The notes below the pieces were generated by a model that did no database searches, was not told the origin of the DNA, and was given only the letters and a program-made list of their open reading frames with translations. This document shows, piece after piece, positions 10,275 through 23,618 of a stretch of DNA of 64,000 bases. Numbering within the stretch: the first letter of the stretch is position 1; the number at the start of each line of letters is the position of its first letter. The DNA comes from Chara braunii. Lineage: Eukaryota; Plantae; Charophyceae. Both the position numbers and the translations under genes were made by a program. The DNA is taken from NCBI GenBank assembly GCA_003427395.1, contig BFEA01000003.1, positions 9,647,271 through 9,711,270 of the forward strand, written 5' to 3'.

Positions 10275-12121
10275 ATGTTGATGCGATCCGGAACAGTGAA
10301 GTCTGGCCCCACACCTGCGGAGCAAGCAGAGATTGACCGCAGGCTGGCAGAAAAGAAAAAGGAAAGAGAAGCTAAGAAAAAACAAAAAGAAGAAGAAGCA
10401 AAAAAGAAGATGAAAGAGAAGATGGAGAGGGAACTAGAAGAGGAGTTGAAGAGCATTCAAGAAGAAGAAGAAGAGGAACAGGAAGAAGGAGAAGTTTTGG
10501 AAAGACGTCGTCGCCTGGACCTACCTGAGAGTAGCAATACTGCAGCGGCCAGACTTCCAGTTGAACCACTGGATTGGGCTGGTCAGTACTATTACTCCAG
10601 CGAGCTGCTAAGGGGAAAAACTGCAGAAGGCGTTAGAAGCTCAAAAGGATAAACCCTCTGCGACCGAAGAACAACTTGCTCTCCTCAGAGAAACTGTCCT
10701 CAGCACAAGGCAGGACATGGCTTTAATGCGGCAGACCATACAAAGAGTGGAAACGCATCGGGTTGAATTCGAAAATGTTTGGAACAACTTCCTAGAAATG
10801 TCAGCAAAGGACGTTGACCAGCATGTCCAAACTTACATCAGGGCCTTGGATGAACATGTCACTAAGACTTTCACTCCCGAAGTCATAGAAAATATAGTAA
10901 AGGGCGCTGGAGGCGGAGGAGGAGATGGTGATGACGATGGCGATGATGAGAAGAAGGGGAAAGGAAGGGGGGATCCAAAGGAGAAACCTCCACAGGAAAC
11001 CGGGCAAGTTAGTAAGATAAAACTTCAACTGACGTGGACCTATAATGGAAAGAAGGAGGAAAGTGTTCTGCATTGGGCGGCAGCAATCGAAACATATGTG
11101 TACGGACAGCGAATCCCATATTGGGACAGGGTACTAATGGCAACTTCATGCATGGGAGGCGACGCCATGAGCTTCGCAATCTCGCTGCAAAAGGAGGCGG
11201 GATGCAGCTCGATGGTAGAATATTCACAACAAACACGGATTGAGGATTTCCTTAAAACGGTAAGGGAAAGATTCGAGGACAAGAATTTAGCAAAACGCAC
11301 TGAGATGTTAATCCTCAGCCTTCCTGATAGGAAATGGAAAAGTACCTCTGCCTTAAAGGCAACTATGGACGAACTGTTACATTGCCCTGATCATGGATTG
11401 ACGCCGGCCCAAATCTTAAACAGTTTTGCACGAGCACTCCCGGATCCCCTGAGAACACAACTCTATCCCCGCACCAAAGAAGCTGGGATGACATATGAGA
11501 AGTTCGGCAAGATCGCAATAGATCACGCCGGCTTCCTCGCCGAAGCGAACTACTGCCATTACTGGAAGGATCTGCAAGCAGGTAAAAGATGGCACTTTCT
11601 CAGGGTCTATGCCTGGGAAGGACAGTCTCCTTCTAACCTTTGAGGAAGGAGGCGCCGAGACCATCTCCTGGGATCAGGTAGACTATGGTCTCGATGAACC
11701 CAACAGACCGGTAGCTCAGGAGGGGAGTTACGCGGCTGTTGCAGCCCGCGGGGGAGGGCGTCAAGGAAGAGGACGTGGTCGAGGAAGAGGTCGCGGCCGT
11801 GGTGGACGAGGATTCGGCACCCAGAGGGGTGGTGGTGAAGGAAGCCACTACGTGGGAGGAAGGGGAAATGGTCCCTCACAAGGTGGCCGTGGTTCTTATT
11901 CCACTTGGGGTAGAGGAAGAGGTATGTGGTACAATAAGTGGGACAAACCGTACCCACCACATCCAGGCCTCCCCGAAGGAGAGCCTTGGAAAGAATTGGG
12001 AATAACGGAAAAAGTTTGGCAAGAAAGGAAGAAAGCAGACCAATGCCTCAAGTGTGGGGACCCCGACCACATTGTCCCCTATTGCCCTAACTATAGGGGG
12101 GCAAAAGGGAACAACCAGTAG
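10275..12121 (+). pseudogene. gag: gag of element A (disrupted)
   Basis: Coiled coil, capsid-like W...IETY...F region, RG-rich tract and CLKCGDPDHIVPYC knuckle; split over ORFs 10155, 10717 and 11609. Confidence 0.85.
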
Positions 12122-15100
12122 AGGTGCCAGTTGCCTCTACCGGAGCTTCGAATGTTGAAAAACCAGAATCCTCCCATTCGAAGGCTCCAATGGCAGAAAC
12201 TGAAGAGGAAGACAGTCCCCATCTAGTGCACTGTCCAGAGGTGGCAAACGTATGCATCTCTCTAGATGGGTCCCTCGCTGGCGTGGGTGATGAGTTGGCC
12301 GCTCGTCACCAAGCTTGGACTGAAATGCGGAAAAAAAAAGGACAGCTAATAATTGCAGATCTTAAAATAAATCGCGTGAGAGTAGGAGGTATGATAGATA
12401 TTGGGTCTACACGCAGTTATATTAGTAAGAAAGGTTTGCAGAAACTGCGTCTTGGGCTTAAGGTTAAGAAGTTCAATGAGCCCATTATAAGTAAGTTAGC
12501 TAACAACAGTGAAACCATCACGGATCGATACGTTGAGGGGGTTCAAGTATACTTTCGGCTAGAGGCAGAGGGGAAGGTGGAACGTGTTCTCCACTCTTTG
12601 CCCTTTGACGTCTTACTAGGAATGGATTGGGGTGAGGCTGCAAATGCGGATCTGAAGTTAAGAGAGCATGAATGTTGGCTCCCAAGTCCGCAAGGAGGTA
12701 AGAAGAAAATTTGTCTCTATCATGAGTCTGGGAAGGAAAGCAGCCTAGCTCACTGTTGCATGAGTGCCCCAGCGTTCGCTCGCCATGTAAAGAAACACAA
12801 CTTGTATGACCAAGTCTTTGTTGCATATGTGCGCCTAGTAAAGGAAGGAGAAACTAAGGAAGAAGTCAGGTCTCAAGAGATCGAGAGGATCCTGAAAGAG
12901 TTCGCAGGTGTGGTTGAAGCTCCAAGTGGTGTGGTAGAAAGACCAATTCGACACCGCATTGATATCATTGTAGGGAGCGCGCCCCCAAAGGGGCCTATCT
13001 ATCGTATATCGCCCCAGGAATTGGATGAACTGTGAACCCAACTCGATGAGTTATTGAAAAATGGATGGATAAGACCTAGCTCCTCGCCCTATGGTGCGTC
13101 TGTGCTCTTTGTGCCTAAGAAGGATGGCGGCGTTCGCATGTGTATAGACTATAGGCGATTAAATTATATAACAGTAAAGAATGTCGAACCATTACCGCGA
13201 ATAGATGATTTGTTGGATCACGTGCAGGGTAGCAAAATATTTTCAAATATTGATTTGAAATCCGGCTACCATCAGATTGAGGTTGAGCCGGAAGACCAAC
13301 ATAAGACTGCCTTNAGGACAAGGTATGGGCATTATGAATTTATAGTTTTACCCTTTGGTCTCACGAAAGCCCCTGCCACTTTCCAAAGAACGATGAATGA
13401 ACTCTTTCGTGAATGGCTTGACAAATTTGTTATTATCTATCTAGACGATATTTTGATTTTCAGCAAAGATGAAAAAGAGCATGCTGAGCACCTTCGACTT
13501 GTGCTAAATAAGCTAAGAGAAGCAAAACTCAAATTAAACCCAAAGAACTGCAAATGGGCTAAGCGTCAGGTTCTATACCTAGGACATGTGATTGATGGAG
13601 ATGGGGTCAAACCGGAAGATGCCAAAATAGTAGCAATCAGAGATTGGTCGAACCCCCGCACCTTGACTGAGTTGCGGTCGTTCCTTGGGTTAGCCAACTA
13701 TTATCGCAAGTTTGTAAGACACTTTACGATAATAGTTGCTCCCCTTCGCAAGTTGCTTAAAAAAGACGTAATTTGGAAGTGGGATTCAGACTACACGATG
13801 TCTTTCAAGCGTCTGAAGAAGTGTTTGATCAATTACCCAGTTTTGAAAGTGGTAGACCCTTCATTACCTTTCGTAGTCACGACCGACGCTAGTCAATATG
13901 GTATAGGTGTTGTACCCCAGGAAGACGATGGGCATGTATACAGACCTGTGGAGTTTATGTCTTGCCGGTTGCCTAGTGAGAAAGTGGCCGCCTCGACATA
14001 TGAAAGAGAGTTGTATGCTCTTCGTGAGGCTCTCAATCATTGGCGACACTATCTTCAGGGAAGGCATTTTAAGGTATACTCCAACCATGAAACGCTTTGC
14101 TGGCTCAAAACGCAAGCTCGAATGACACCTAAGTTGACAAGATGGGCTGCAGAGATTGATATGTTTGATTTTGAGCTAAAGCCAGTAAAGGGTAAATATA
14201 ATGTTGTTGTTGATGCACTAAGTCGTAGATCAGACTTTTTCAGTGCTATTGTGACTTATTTAGATGTGGGTGCTGACCTACAAGAGAAGATTAGGAAGGC
14301 GTATTCCTCTGATTCTATCTATGGGACCATGATTAAGCAAGTACAAGAAAAACCAGCAGAGTTTCCTGACCATAAAGTTACTCAGGGTCTATTGTTCGAA
14401 CGAACTTATGTGAATGATAGGTTGTGTATACCCAGTAATGAAGAGATCAAAAGTATGATCTTGGGAGAATGTCATGATACAGAAGGCCATTTTGGGTGAA
14501 AGAAGACCTATGGAACTTTGTTGCGTTCCTACACCTGGCCTCGAATGAAGGCAGACTGTATCGCGTATGTGCAAGGTTGTCAAGTATGTCAACGAAACAA
14601 AAGCACCATGCAATCACCCCTTGGGCTACTTAAACCATTGCCTATCCCTACAGGCACTGGAGACTCTGTCTCTATAGATTTCATGGATACTAAGGTGAAA
14701 AGCAGAAATGGGAAGACGCAAGTAATGGTCATAGTGGATAGATTCACTAAGTATGCTGTTTTCGTAGCTTTGCCTTCAGAAGCAAAGACTGATTTGGTAA
14801 TTCGAGAGTTCTTTAACCATTGGGTAAAAGACTTTGGGCATCCCTTAACTATTGTAAGTGATAGAGATACCAGGTTCACAAGTGAACAATGGCAACAACT
14901 GATGAATGTATATGGCTCTAAGTTGACTATGTCATCAGGTAGACATCCTGAGACTAATGGCCAGATTGAGCAGATGAACAAGATATTGCAACAGACTTTA
15001 CGCATGTACATTCGTCCCGATCAAATTAACTGGGATGAACATCTGCCTAAAGTTGCTAGTGCCTACAATAACTCTGTACACCTATCTACGTGTAAGACTC

Positions 15101-15642
15101 CTATGGAGCTGCATCTGGGATGGCGTCCACGCAGACCCATTGATCGATTGAACCCGGATCAAGTACATAAGCTTCCTATAGGGACTAGTGAATTTGCAGT
15201 CCAGTATCAAGAGACATTGAGAAAGTAAAGGAAAATATACTCAAAGCACAACATCAGATGATTGAACAGGCAAGTTTTAGATGTGATTGGAGATGTGGAT
15301 GGCCCTTCGTATGTCATTGAGATTCCTCTACATCTACGTACATATCCAGTGTTCCATGCGTCCAAGCTCTTACCTTGTGTAACAAATGAGCTCTTTCCAA
15401 GTCGCCGATCAACGATACCTCCAAGTATGGATGGGAAGTATGACGTGGATAAAATTGTTGCAGAAAGTACTTACCACATTGGACGTAGAGGCAGACCACA
15501 ACGACAATATAAGGGGAGGTTTGCATACCAGGACCCTAGTGAAGATCGCCGGTTCACACGAGAAGAGTTATTAGACTCTGCACCTGATATTGTGTCTGCA
15601 TATGAAAGCGCAAAAAGAGGGATTCATATCCTTAATACGTAA
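12097..15642 (+). pseudogene. pol: pol of element A: protease, RT, RNase H, integrase, chromodomain
   Basis: IDIGST; YLDDILIFS; TTDASQYGIG; H..GHFG..CQVC; SIDFMD/SDRD/NGQIE; YDVDKIV..QYKGRF. Stops at 13033, 14497 and 15226, and a deletion near 15270. Confidence 0.95.
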
Positions 15643-15678
15643 ATGATTCTCAGAGGACTTCGAAACTAGGCCGGCGAG

Positions 15679-16718
15679 AGTAAAAGGGCCTTTACCCGAT
15701 GCAGGCCTCAGGCCTTGTAAAAGTAAAGCAGCGTGAAAGGGTATCTCGCCAGGGCTCAGAAACGTGAAAGTAGGTCAAAGGTCAAGTTCTCTATCAACGG
15801 GCACATCCAAATCTAAAGCAAAGGGCATTGTCAAAAGACTTACCTGTTCACCGGGAGATGTGCACGTCATGTCTGTTCGGAATAGGGTGTGTCTGTGCGT
15901 GCAGTCAGTGCACCTGTTTGTGCAAAGAGGAGTGTCTGTTCAGGCAGTGAGTGTGTCTGTTCGTCTAAAGATGTGCCTGTCTGAAAGTGAGTCAATAGAT
16001 AAAGTCCCAGTTCTGGTCTAAGTCAAGGGGACAGTCCAGATCCAGACTTTCAAGTCCAAATCTAGGCCGAAAGGCCTCAGCAGCAGTGAACTTCATTGGG
16101 ACTGTACTGGGACACATACAATGCAGGGTCTGGGACGAGGAAAAGGCTGAACTGAGCCAGTGCAGACCCAGCGAGGAGAGGCCAGCACTATAAAGGCAGC
16201 AGCCAGCCTCATTTCTCGCCAGATCTCCACTGGCCATTTCTGTGCGGAAGTGCTGGTGCACTTGTGCGCTAAGTCAGGAGGAGCAACGTTGGAGGACGAA
16301 GATGAGCTGAGTGAGGGAAGAAGCCTGTGCGCTGGAAGTGATGCAGCCATAGATGCCCAGCGAGTTAGTACTAGTATTAGAGGGTTAGTAGTAGATAGCT
16401 ATGAGTAGTATTCAGAGTAGATCCTCGTGAGTGAAGAGTGTGTATGCATCGTAGGAGGAAGGGACTGAGGCAGAGAGTGTTCATTCAAGGTTTGGCTATG
16501 GAAGATACTTACCTGAGTTGGAGGTGAACTGCAGAGGTGGCGCTGATGAGTAGTGACCACATTGATGACTTGGAGACGATCTGCAGGAGTAGCGCTGATG
16601 TATTGGAAGTCATATTGATGANTTGACAAGGGATTTGCATTGTGCTGATGAGCGCTGGACTCAGGGAACTATGAAACTCTTTGTAATCATATTTTTGATA
16701 ATATAAGTTGTGAAACTC
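15679..16718 (+). repeat. 3' LTR of element A, missing ~110 bp at its 3' end
   Basis: Matches 8004-9088, then diverges abruptly after tgaaactc. Confidence 0.9.
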
Positions 16719-16719
16719 T

Positions 16720-19700
16720 GCACCACTAAGCTGAATTTATGTCTGCTTGACTGTTTTGTGATTGTGCCACCGTGGTTCTGTCTCTCCCTTGCTGTTCCTC
16801 CCTCCTTTTCCATAACAATCACGGGGGATCACCTTGTACTGTGCCAAGTTTGCCCGTTCCAAGCCTGTCCTTGATGAAGTTGTCTATGATTATTTGCTTT
16901 TTTGTGGGATCGTCCTTGATATTCTTGTTTGCTCGGCGCCAATCTGCCTGGTATTCCGTGTGTATAAGTTGAAGAATATGCTCCCAGCCCTCTAGGGTCG
17001 ATGTGTTTTGGCGTGCTATCGTTTGTTTGCATTGAGTCTTCCATATGATCCACAGTGTAAAAGGATGAAGTCTTCTGAAGAGGGTTGAATGCCGAACCCG
17101 TCAGAAGTGTCTGTAGGTTGTCCGGTAGCGATACGCCAACCAGCTCCAACCAATACACCCGCATTCTGTTCCAAATTCTTTGTGCATTAGAACAGTTTAT
17201 CAGGCAGTGTAGCACGTCCTAAAAGGATCCATCATCGCGGGCTGCACAGCCATCGTCGAAATCTCTTCTTCCAGTTCCCGACCTTCTCCTACTGAGCCAT
17301 GTGTTGTTCGGCAAGGCCTGATAGTATATAAGCCATTGCATGCTTCTTATATGAGTATTTCTGATGGCGAGGAGGATCTGCCAGTCAAGCTTCTCCGTGT
17401 TGGCAAGGCACCCTGGAACATGTTTCTCCCAGCGCTGGGATAAGATGAGCTCTATGTTCACCGGATTACGTCTAAGTTTATAGCCGAGACTAGTTGAGTA
17501 GTCTAGGATATTGGTATGCTTTTGCGCCCCCGTTGGCATTGCTCTTGTTTTCCATGCCCACTCTGCCGGGTCAAACTCCAAATCTTGTAAGGTTGTTCCC
17601 GGATGATAAGTTATGTAGTCTTCGTCCTCCACCACTCTGATTTTCCTGAGGAAGGATGATTTGGTTGTGACTCGGGCACGTACTGTTTTAGAGACCCTGC
17701 TGATGTTGTTTCCTGGCTGTTCTATGTCGTGGATGGTCCATAGTCCCCAGTCCCCTACCGGGCCTGTTGACCTTACGTATGACAATACTTTTGTGGGTGT
17801 GTTTTGTGACTTCCACGTAGCCCACTCCCCTGAAGTCCAGGCGGGGGGCGCTTGTAAGAGTGCCACCCAGTCATGTGGTATAGATTGTAACATCGCTTGC
17901 CGGTTGTCCTCCAAGTTGTGGCATCCTTTGAGAGTTGTTCTGAGCTTTGTTGTTGTCTTCCGACGATTGCATCGCTGGTTCCAGATGTGTTGAAGTTGCC
18001 AGACTCCCTTCTCTAGCCATGTGATCCAACGGGTATCCTGTGTCATCAGAGTTCATGGTTTATCGGAGAAGTCTTTCAGCCATTGGTTGCAGAAGAGGGG
18101 ATGGCGCAATACTTCCTCTCTGTTTGTTGGACTTCGAACCTTGGCCGGGAAGATCTCTCGCCAGATCCTGATGAGATACATCCAGTACTCCAAGCAGGTC
18201 GGCGGCTGCACCTGTTGTTGCTGGTTAGTCCGTTGAATGTTGTTGCGAGTTGCCCAAGACTTCGACATTACCCAAAACGGCCCTTGCATGTTGGACGGGG
18301 AGGTGGCTTTAGGCAGCTGTCTGATCCTGTTCAAGGCCAGCGAGGTCCAGGGGAGTCGTCGTTGTAGTAGTAACTTCACGATCCACTTCGTTTGAAGGGC
18401 CTTGGTTTGAGTAGCTGAATCAAGGACTGCCATTCCACCTTTACCCTTAGGTTGGATGATGTGTGACCAAGCCACCTTTGGTATGAAGCGCTGAGTTGCG
18501 GGATTCCCGGTCCATAAGTAAGCAGTCACTCGCCGTTTGAGGGCTATGACCATGTTACCTTCTGGTGTCCAGATAGTGGTGCATACCATAACATGGAAAA
18601 AATGAGCGTGTCAAGTACCAGCGCCCTTCCGAAGACTGACATGTAGATGCTGGACCAAGTGTCTGTTTTGCGTAACATCTTCGTCAGCATCTCCGGTGCC
18701 ATGGCCTGATCTGGTCCGGAATCTGCAAGCTTGATTCCCAAAAAACGCAGGGGTGTTCTCGGATTTTGCCACTTGAACCCTATTGGGGAAACTTCATGGG
18801 GAGGTTGTGGATTGTCTGCGAGCCACCAGCCCATGGTTTTGTGCCAGTTGACTTTCATTTTTGAGGCCAGCTGGAATGCTTGCATAGCTCTGATAAGTCC
18901 CTGAAAGGAGGCCTCAGAGGCCTTGATGATGGTCGTGAGATCATCCGCAAAGAGTAGTGTAGTCGGAAGGGTCACCGCATGTGTGTGGAGAGTCGGTTCA
19001 GCGACCAGTCTATCGATGGACGGATCCTTCTGCAGAAATGATGCTATCACTTCCATCGTGAAGAAAAACAACGGTGCCGTGAGCGGGTCCCCTTGGCGGA
19101 CCGAGCGTGACATCTTGAAGGGACTGGAGAGGAATCCATTGACTTGGACCTGACAATGGGCGTCATTATACAGTACTTTGACCCATCTTTAGAAGTTTGG
19201 TCCAACCCCCATCCGTTCCATACACTGCTGCTGGAAGTTCCAGCTAACTTGGCGGTATGCCTTTTCAAAATCGAAGAACAGTATGGCTGCGTTGAGTCGT
19301 CTGTCCTTGATGTAACGAGTTGATTCTGTCAAAGTCATGACATTGTCGAGAATGAATCTTCCTGGGATGAAACCCGTTTGATCCATGTGAAAACAGTTGC
19401 TCGTAATCTTGCTGAGGCGGTTAGCAAGAAGTTTGGCTAACACTTTATATACGACAGTCAGTAGCGTAATCGGCCTGTAGTTCTTGAGATCCGCTGGATC
19501 TTTTTTTTTGTACAGCAAGGTGACCACTCTCGTGCTTATGTATTTTCCCAGTCCTTCCTGTGACTCTGCTTTGCTGAGAAAGGACATATACTCTTGCTCA
19601 GACACCGCCCAAAAGGTTTGCCAGAACTCCTTGGATAGACCATCTTTGCCTGGTGTCTTGTTCGGTTGAAGCGAATACAGCACTGCCCTCACTTCTGCTT

Positions 19701-22081
19701 GAGTAAGTGGTTTATCCAGCTCTTCGGACTGCTCTTTTGATAGGGTCTTGTCTAGGTGGTTCAAGAACTTGTGTCTGGCCTCCCTTACAACTGCTTGAGG
19801 TAATTGGTTCTCTCTGGAGGTGTAGAGGTCCGTGTAGAAGTCTGCTGCTATGGATGATAGCATACGCTTCGGATCTGAAGTGACTGTGTCGCCTGTGTTC
19901 AGTAGGTCGATGAGTTTGTTCCGAGTGTTGGTTTTTATCTTTTGGAAAAAGTATTTGGTCATTTTATCGCCCTGTTCCAACTCTTCCACTCAGCCAGTTT
20001 CTGTCTGGCCGCATCCAGCGCTCCTTCTAGTTTTGTCAAACCTGGTTGAGCGACGAGGTTTCTCTCAGTCAGTCTGAGAACTGCTTCTAGCTCCTTCTCC
20101 CTTGAAGATCTTCTGGCGGCCAGAATGCGAGACGCTTTGGTCGTGGCCATGGATAGACTCCCCACCAGTTGTGGGAAGGAGGTGGTACGAGTGCCGAAAG
20201 CTTCACACGTCTCCACGATGTGTTGTTTCATGATCTGTGTATCCAGGAGAGACTTATTGATGTTGAAGAAGCCAGGTCCTCTTTTGGTGGTAGCTTCAAG
20301 GGCAAGGTTCAGGAATATGTACTTGTGGTCCAGTCCCGTAGAGTACGGCAGGTCACTGATTCCCGTTGTTAGGATTGCGCCCTGGAGACTTTCAGATGTG
20401 AGAAAGAAGTCTATTCATGACGCCGAGTAGTGTTGACTGCGATTACGCTTGAAATAGGTGAAAGCTTTAGAGGTGGGTTGAAGGGTTCGATATGGATCCA
20501 CCAATTGTTGTTCCATCATGAGGTTATGTATAGGGGCCGCCTCCTCCCATGCCATTCCGTCTATACCAGCAGTGCCTCTTGACAACCTGTCCATGGCCAG
20601 ATCCAGCGTTGCATTCCAGTCTCCTCCTAGCATCAGGTGGACTGGAGTGGTACAAAGTGGTAATAGAAAATTGACGAAATCTTCTCTGTGTTGCCGGGTG
20701 TTTGGACAGTAGATCGAGAGCAGTCAAAAATGCTCCTGTTTGAAATAAAAGTCCAGTCTCACCCATCTCCCGCCACTTTGATATGACTGTGTCGTCTCTA
20801 TGGTTATGCCTTGTGCTGCCTCTGTGCTACCGCGTACGAAGATGACTATGCCCGCTGATCCTGGCGTCGGAGCCGACACCCATAAGGCAAAATGCACCCA
20901 GCGAAGACGGCAACATATCTCCTTTTGTATTTGTTTATGCTCCGGTGATTCGGTTAAGTGTGTTTCCTGTAGGCAGAGTATGTCTGGTGGGCTTCTCCCA
21001 TACCAGCCCACAACGTCCGTGATATTGCTCCATTTTTGCTGATTTTGGAGAACAGTGGCTAAGACCATTGACATTCCATGGGATGACCCGCAGGTCCAGT
21101 GCTAGCGAGGCTGCTCCGTGACACAACGGGCCTGGCAGGACATCCATGATCGTCTAGATAACCACGTTTTTAGTTATCTGTCTCAGTTATCTTTCTATCG
21201 CTTCATGTAGAATGCCTCTTTCTTCTCTGCCAGCATGTTAATTTTCTTTCCCCAGTCCCCCACGTTCGCTAAGAAGAGTTTGTGCCTGGTCATTAGCACC
21301 GCTGCCAGAGCCGCCCATTCTGGGGCCATTCCGTGTCCCAGCAACCCGTACGCCTCAGGTCGACTGTGTGTTGCCGGCCATCTACGTCCTTCCGTTTCTC
21401 CATATTGCCTTGTTCTCCTCCCAAGGTAAAGAGCGGAGTGAGAGCGTCCTTGAATTGCATGGCCAGGGAACCGTCAACAGAAACTGGTCTGCAACTGTGA
21501 CCAGCGCTCCTGTTGTGTGTACAACGACTTCCCAGTCCTTATGTGCTAGGTTCCAGCGACATGGGATGAGGACTCTTTTGTGATCCGATTTCCTGGCATC
21601 CACCCTGGCTGCCGCATCTATAGTGTTTGTCTGCTCTTCTGCTATCTTCTGCAACGAGGTGTGTTTGGCAGCGAAGTCTTCATTTTTGGTTGTGAGAGTG
21701 GCGACCTGAGCTTCCAATATGGCTTTTCTTCGGCGCAGGTCTGCAGTCGTGCCTGGCTGAGTTTGTGCCTTCAGTTCCACCGATGTTTGTGTCTTCCCTT
21801 CTTTCTTCTCCAAGGCTTTTTTCCCTCGCTTGGGTTTGCTGGGATGTTCCACTTTGTTTGTGTCTGTGTATGTGTCAGGCCAATGGAATTGCCTGGAGTA
21901 CTCGGAGTTGTCAACATGTTGAGAGTCTCCCTCAACCCTGGTCTTGAGGGTGTACTGACGAGCCACAAATTCTAATCTATTGCTTCCAAGCTTTTCAAAT
22001 CAGTCATGAAGGTTTCCCATTCTTCATACCCAGTAGTGTCGAGGCGGCGAATCAAGTTTGGAGGGGCTGCACCCTGCATAA
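16720..22081 (-). mobile_element. L1-type LINE, decayed: partial ORF1 and near-complete ORF2 (APE endonuclease, RT, zinc finger)
   Basis: WNVNGL, CLQETH and LGGDWNA (APE); KTPGKDG, NYRPITLL, QTGFIPGR, DFEKAY, VRQGDPL and FADD (RT); LHCLINC and IWKTRC-type C-terminus. No poly(A) tail retained. Confidence 0.92.
16770..21130 (-). pseudogene. LINE ORF2 (endonuclease/reverse transcriptase), multiply frameshifted
   Basis: ORF pieces 20724-21074, 20415-20633, 19189-19989, 18544-19113, 18053-18589, 17219-18046 and 16829-17215. Confidence 0.9.
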
Positions 22082-23618
22082 TCTTCCCCTTGAGTTCTCT
22101 TTCATAGCCTGCAATAACTTGGGGTGCTGTTCGCATGAGTTCTTCTCTGGTGAACCACCGATCTTCCTTGGGATCCAGATGATGTCTGAATCTCACACGG
22201 TATTGCATTCTTGGCTTAGGAGGGCGGCCTCTGCCCTGTGGTTTAGGCATTGGCATCACTCGATGCTCTACGATTCCGTCGATGTCGACTTCGCCATCCA
22301 TGGTTGGGGGCAGCATTGAACGTCTGGAAGGAAACTGTGCAATCTCTGCAAAAGGTGCCAGCTTGGATGTGTGGAAAACTGGGTGTGTACGTAGATGAGG
22401 TGGGATGTGAATCACATAAGAAGGTCCGTCCACCTGATCCCCCACTATGTCTAGGACCTCCCAAGGACCGAAATATTGTGGCATTAGTTTTCTAGATATT
22501 CTGAGTTTCTGTCTCAGTTTAGATGACTTTACCCAGACCCTGTCCCCTACCTGAAAGTTAGAAGGTCGTCCTTGTTTGTTCTCAGATGCAATCATAGCAT
22601 CTTGAGATTTCCTCATTTGTTGAACGGCCTGCTGCAGCATCTGTTCGTACTTGACAACAAATTCTACGCTGCCGGGTGCTGCAGTGGCCTATTTTTCAGG
22701 TAGTAGGAAGTCAAGGGCGGAACGGGGCTTCCAACCAAGATGCAGTTGGTTGAGAGTCATCCCAGTAGCACTGTGTACAACGTTGTTGTACATGCTGGCG
22801 ACGAGAGGTAGTTTCTCGTCCCCGTCATCCTGGCTTGGCTTAATGTAGTGCTTAAGTAAGTGTGACACTACCCTGTTCATTTGTTCCGCCTCTCAATTTG
22901 ACTCAGGGTGGTTCCCTGCTGTCATCTGCAGTCTGGTGCCCATTTGTTGGGTTGTGCTTTGCCACACTTCGCTTGTGAAACGTACATCTCGGTCACTAAT
23001 GATAGACGTGGGTAGACTGAAGTCCCGTACCCAGTTGTCCATAAACATTCTGATGACGTAGTCAGTTTTGGCAGTCTGAGGCATAGGGTTTAATCTTGCA
23101 TATTTAGAGAAGCGGTCTACTATAACAAAGATGTGCCTTTTCCCAAACCTGCAGGTCACAAGAGTATCCATGAAGTCCATGGACACACTCTGACCAGAAC
23201 CTTCAGGAACGGAGCCTGAGTCCTAGGTTTGTCCCTTTGACATACCTGGTAGGTTTCGACATATTTCTTGGCATCCTCCATCATAGAAGGCCACCAAAAT
23301 TTATGTACTAAGTTAGCTAACGTTTTTCTATAGCCGAAATGGCCTGTTGCATCGTGACACTCACCTAAAAATAAACTACGCAAAGACTCTCTATTCGGAA
23401 CACACAGTCTTTTATTCCCTGTCTTCACGAGAAACAATAAGCCATCAACCATCGTAAATTCATCGGAGGTTACCTTATCCTTCGCTTGAAATTTACGAAT
23501 GATCTCGGATATGACTGGATCTCGCTGATAGGCTTCCACCAAGGATCAAGTTAAATCGTCATATATACCAAACTCAGTCACTAATGCACCCAGATAGTCT
23601 GCCCTTCGCGATAGTGCA
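22082..23618 (-). pseudogene. pol: Integrase and chromodomain part of element B pol
   Basis: ECHDATGHFG, SMDFMD, SDRD, YFGPW, HPVFH, VDIDGIVEHR..QYRVRF. Confidence 0.9.

Larger units (their letters stand above)
8004..16718 (+). mobile_element. Ty3/Gypsy chromovirus-type LTR retrotransposon A (3' LTR truncated)
   Basis: Near-identical LTRs, tRNA-iMet-like PBS, gag with CCHC knuckle, and PR-RT-RH-INT-chromodomain order. Confidence 0.95.

Noticed and set aside
16645-16690. CTGATGA...GAAAC in the LTR of A as another hammerhead
   Set aside because: No stem II or stem I pairing, and the other LTR copy reads GTGATGA.
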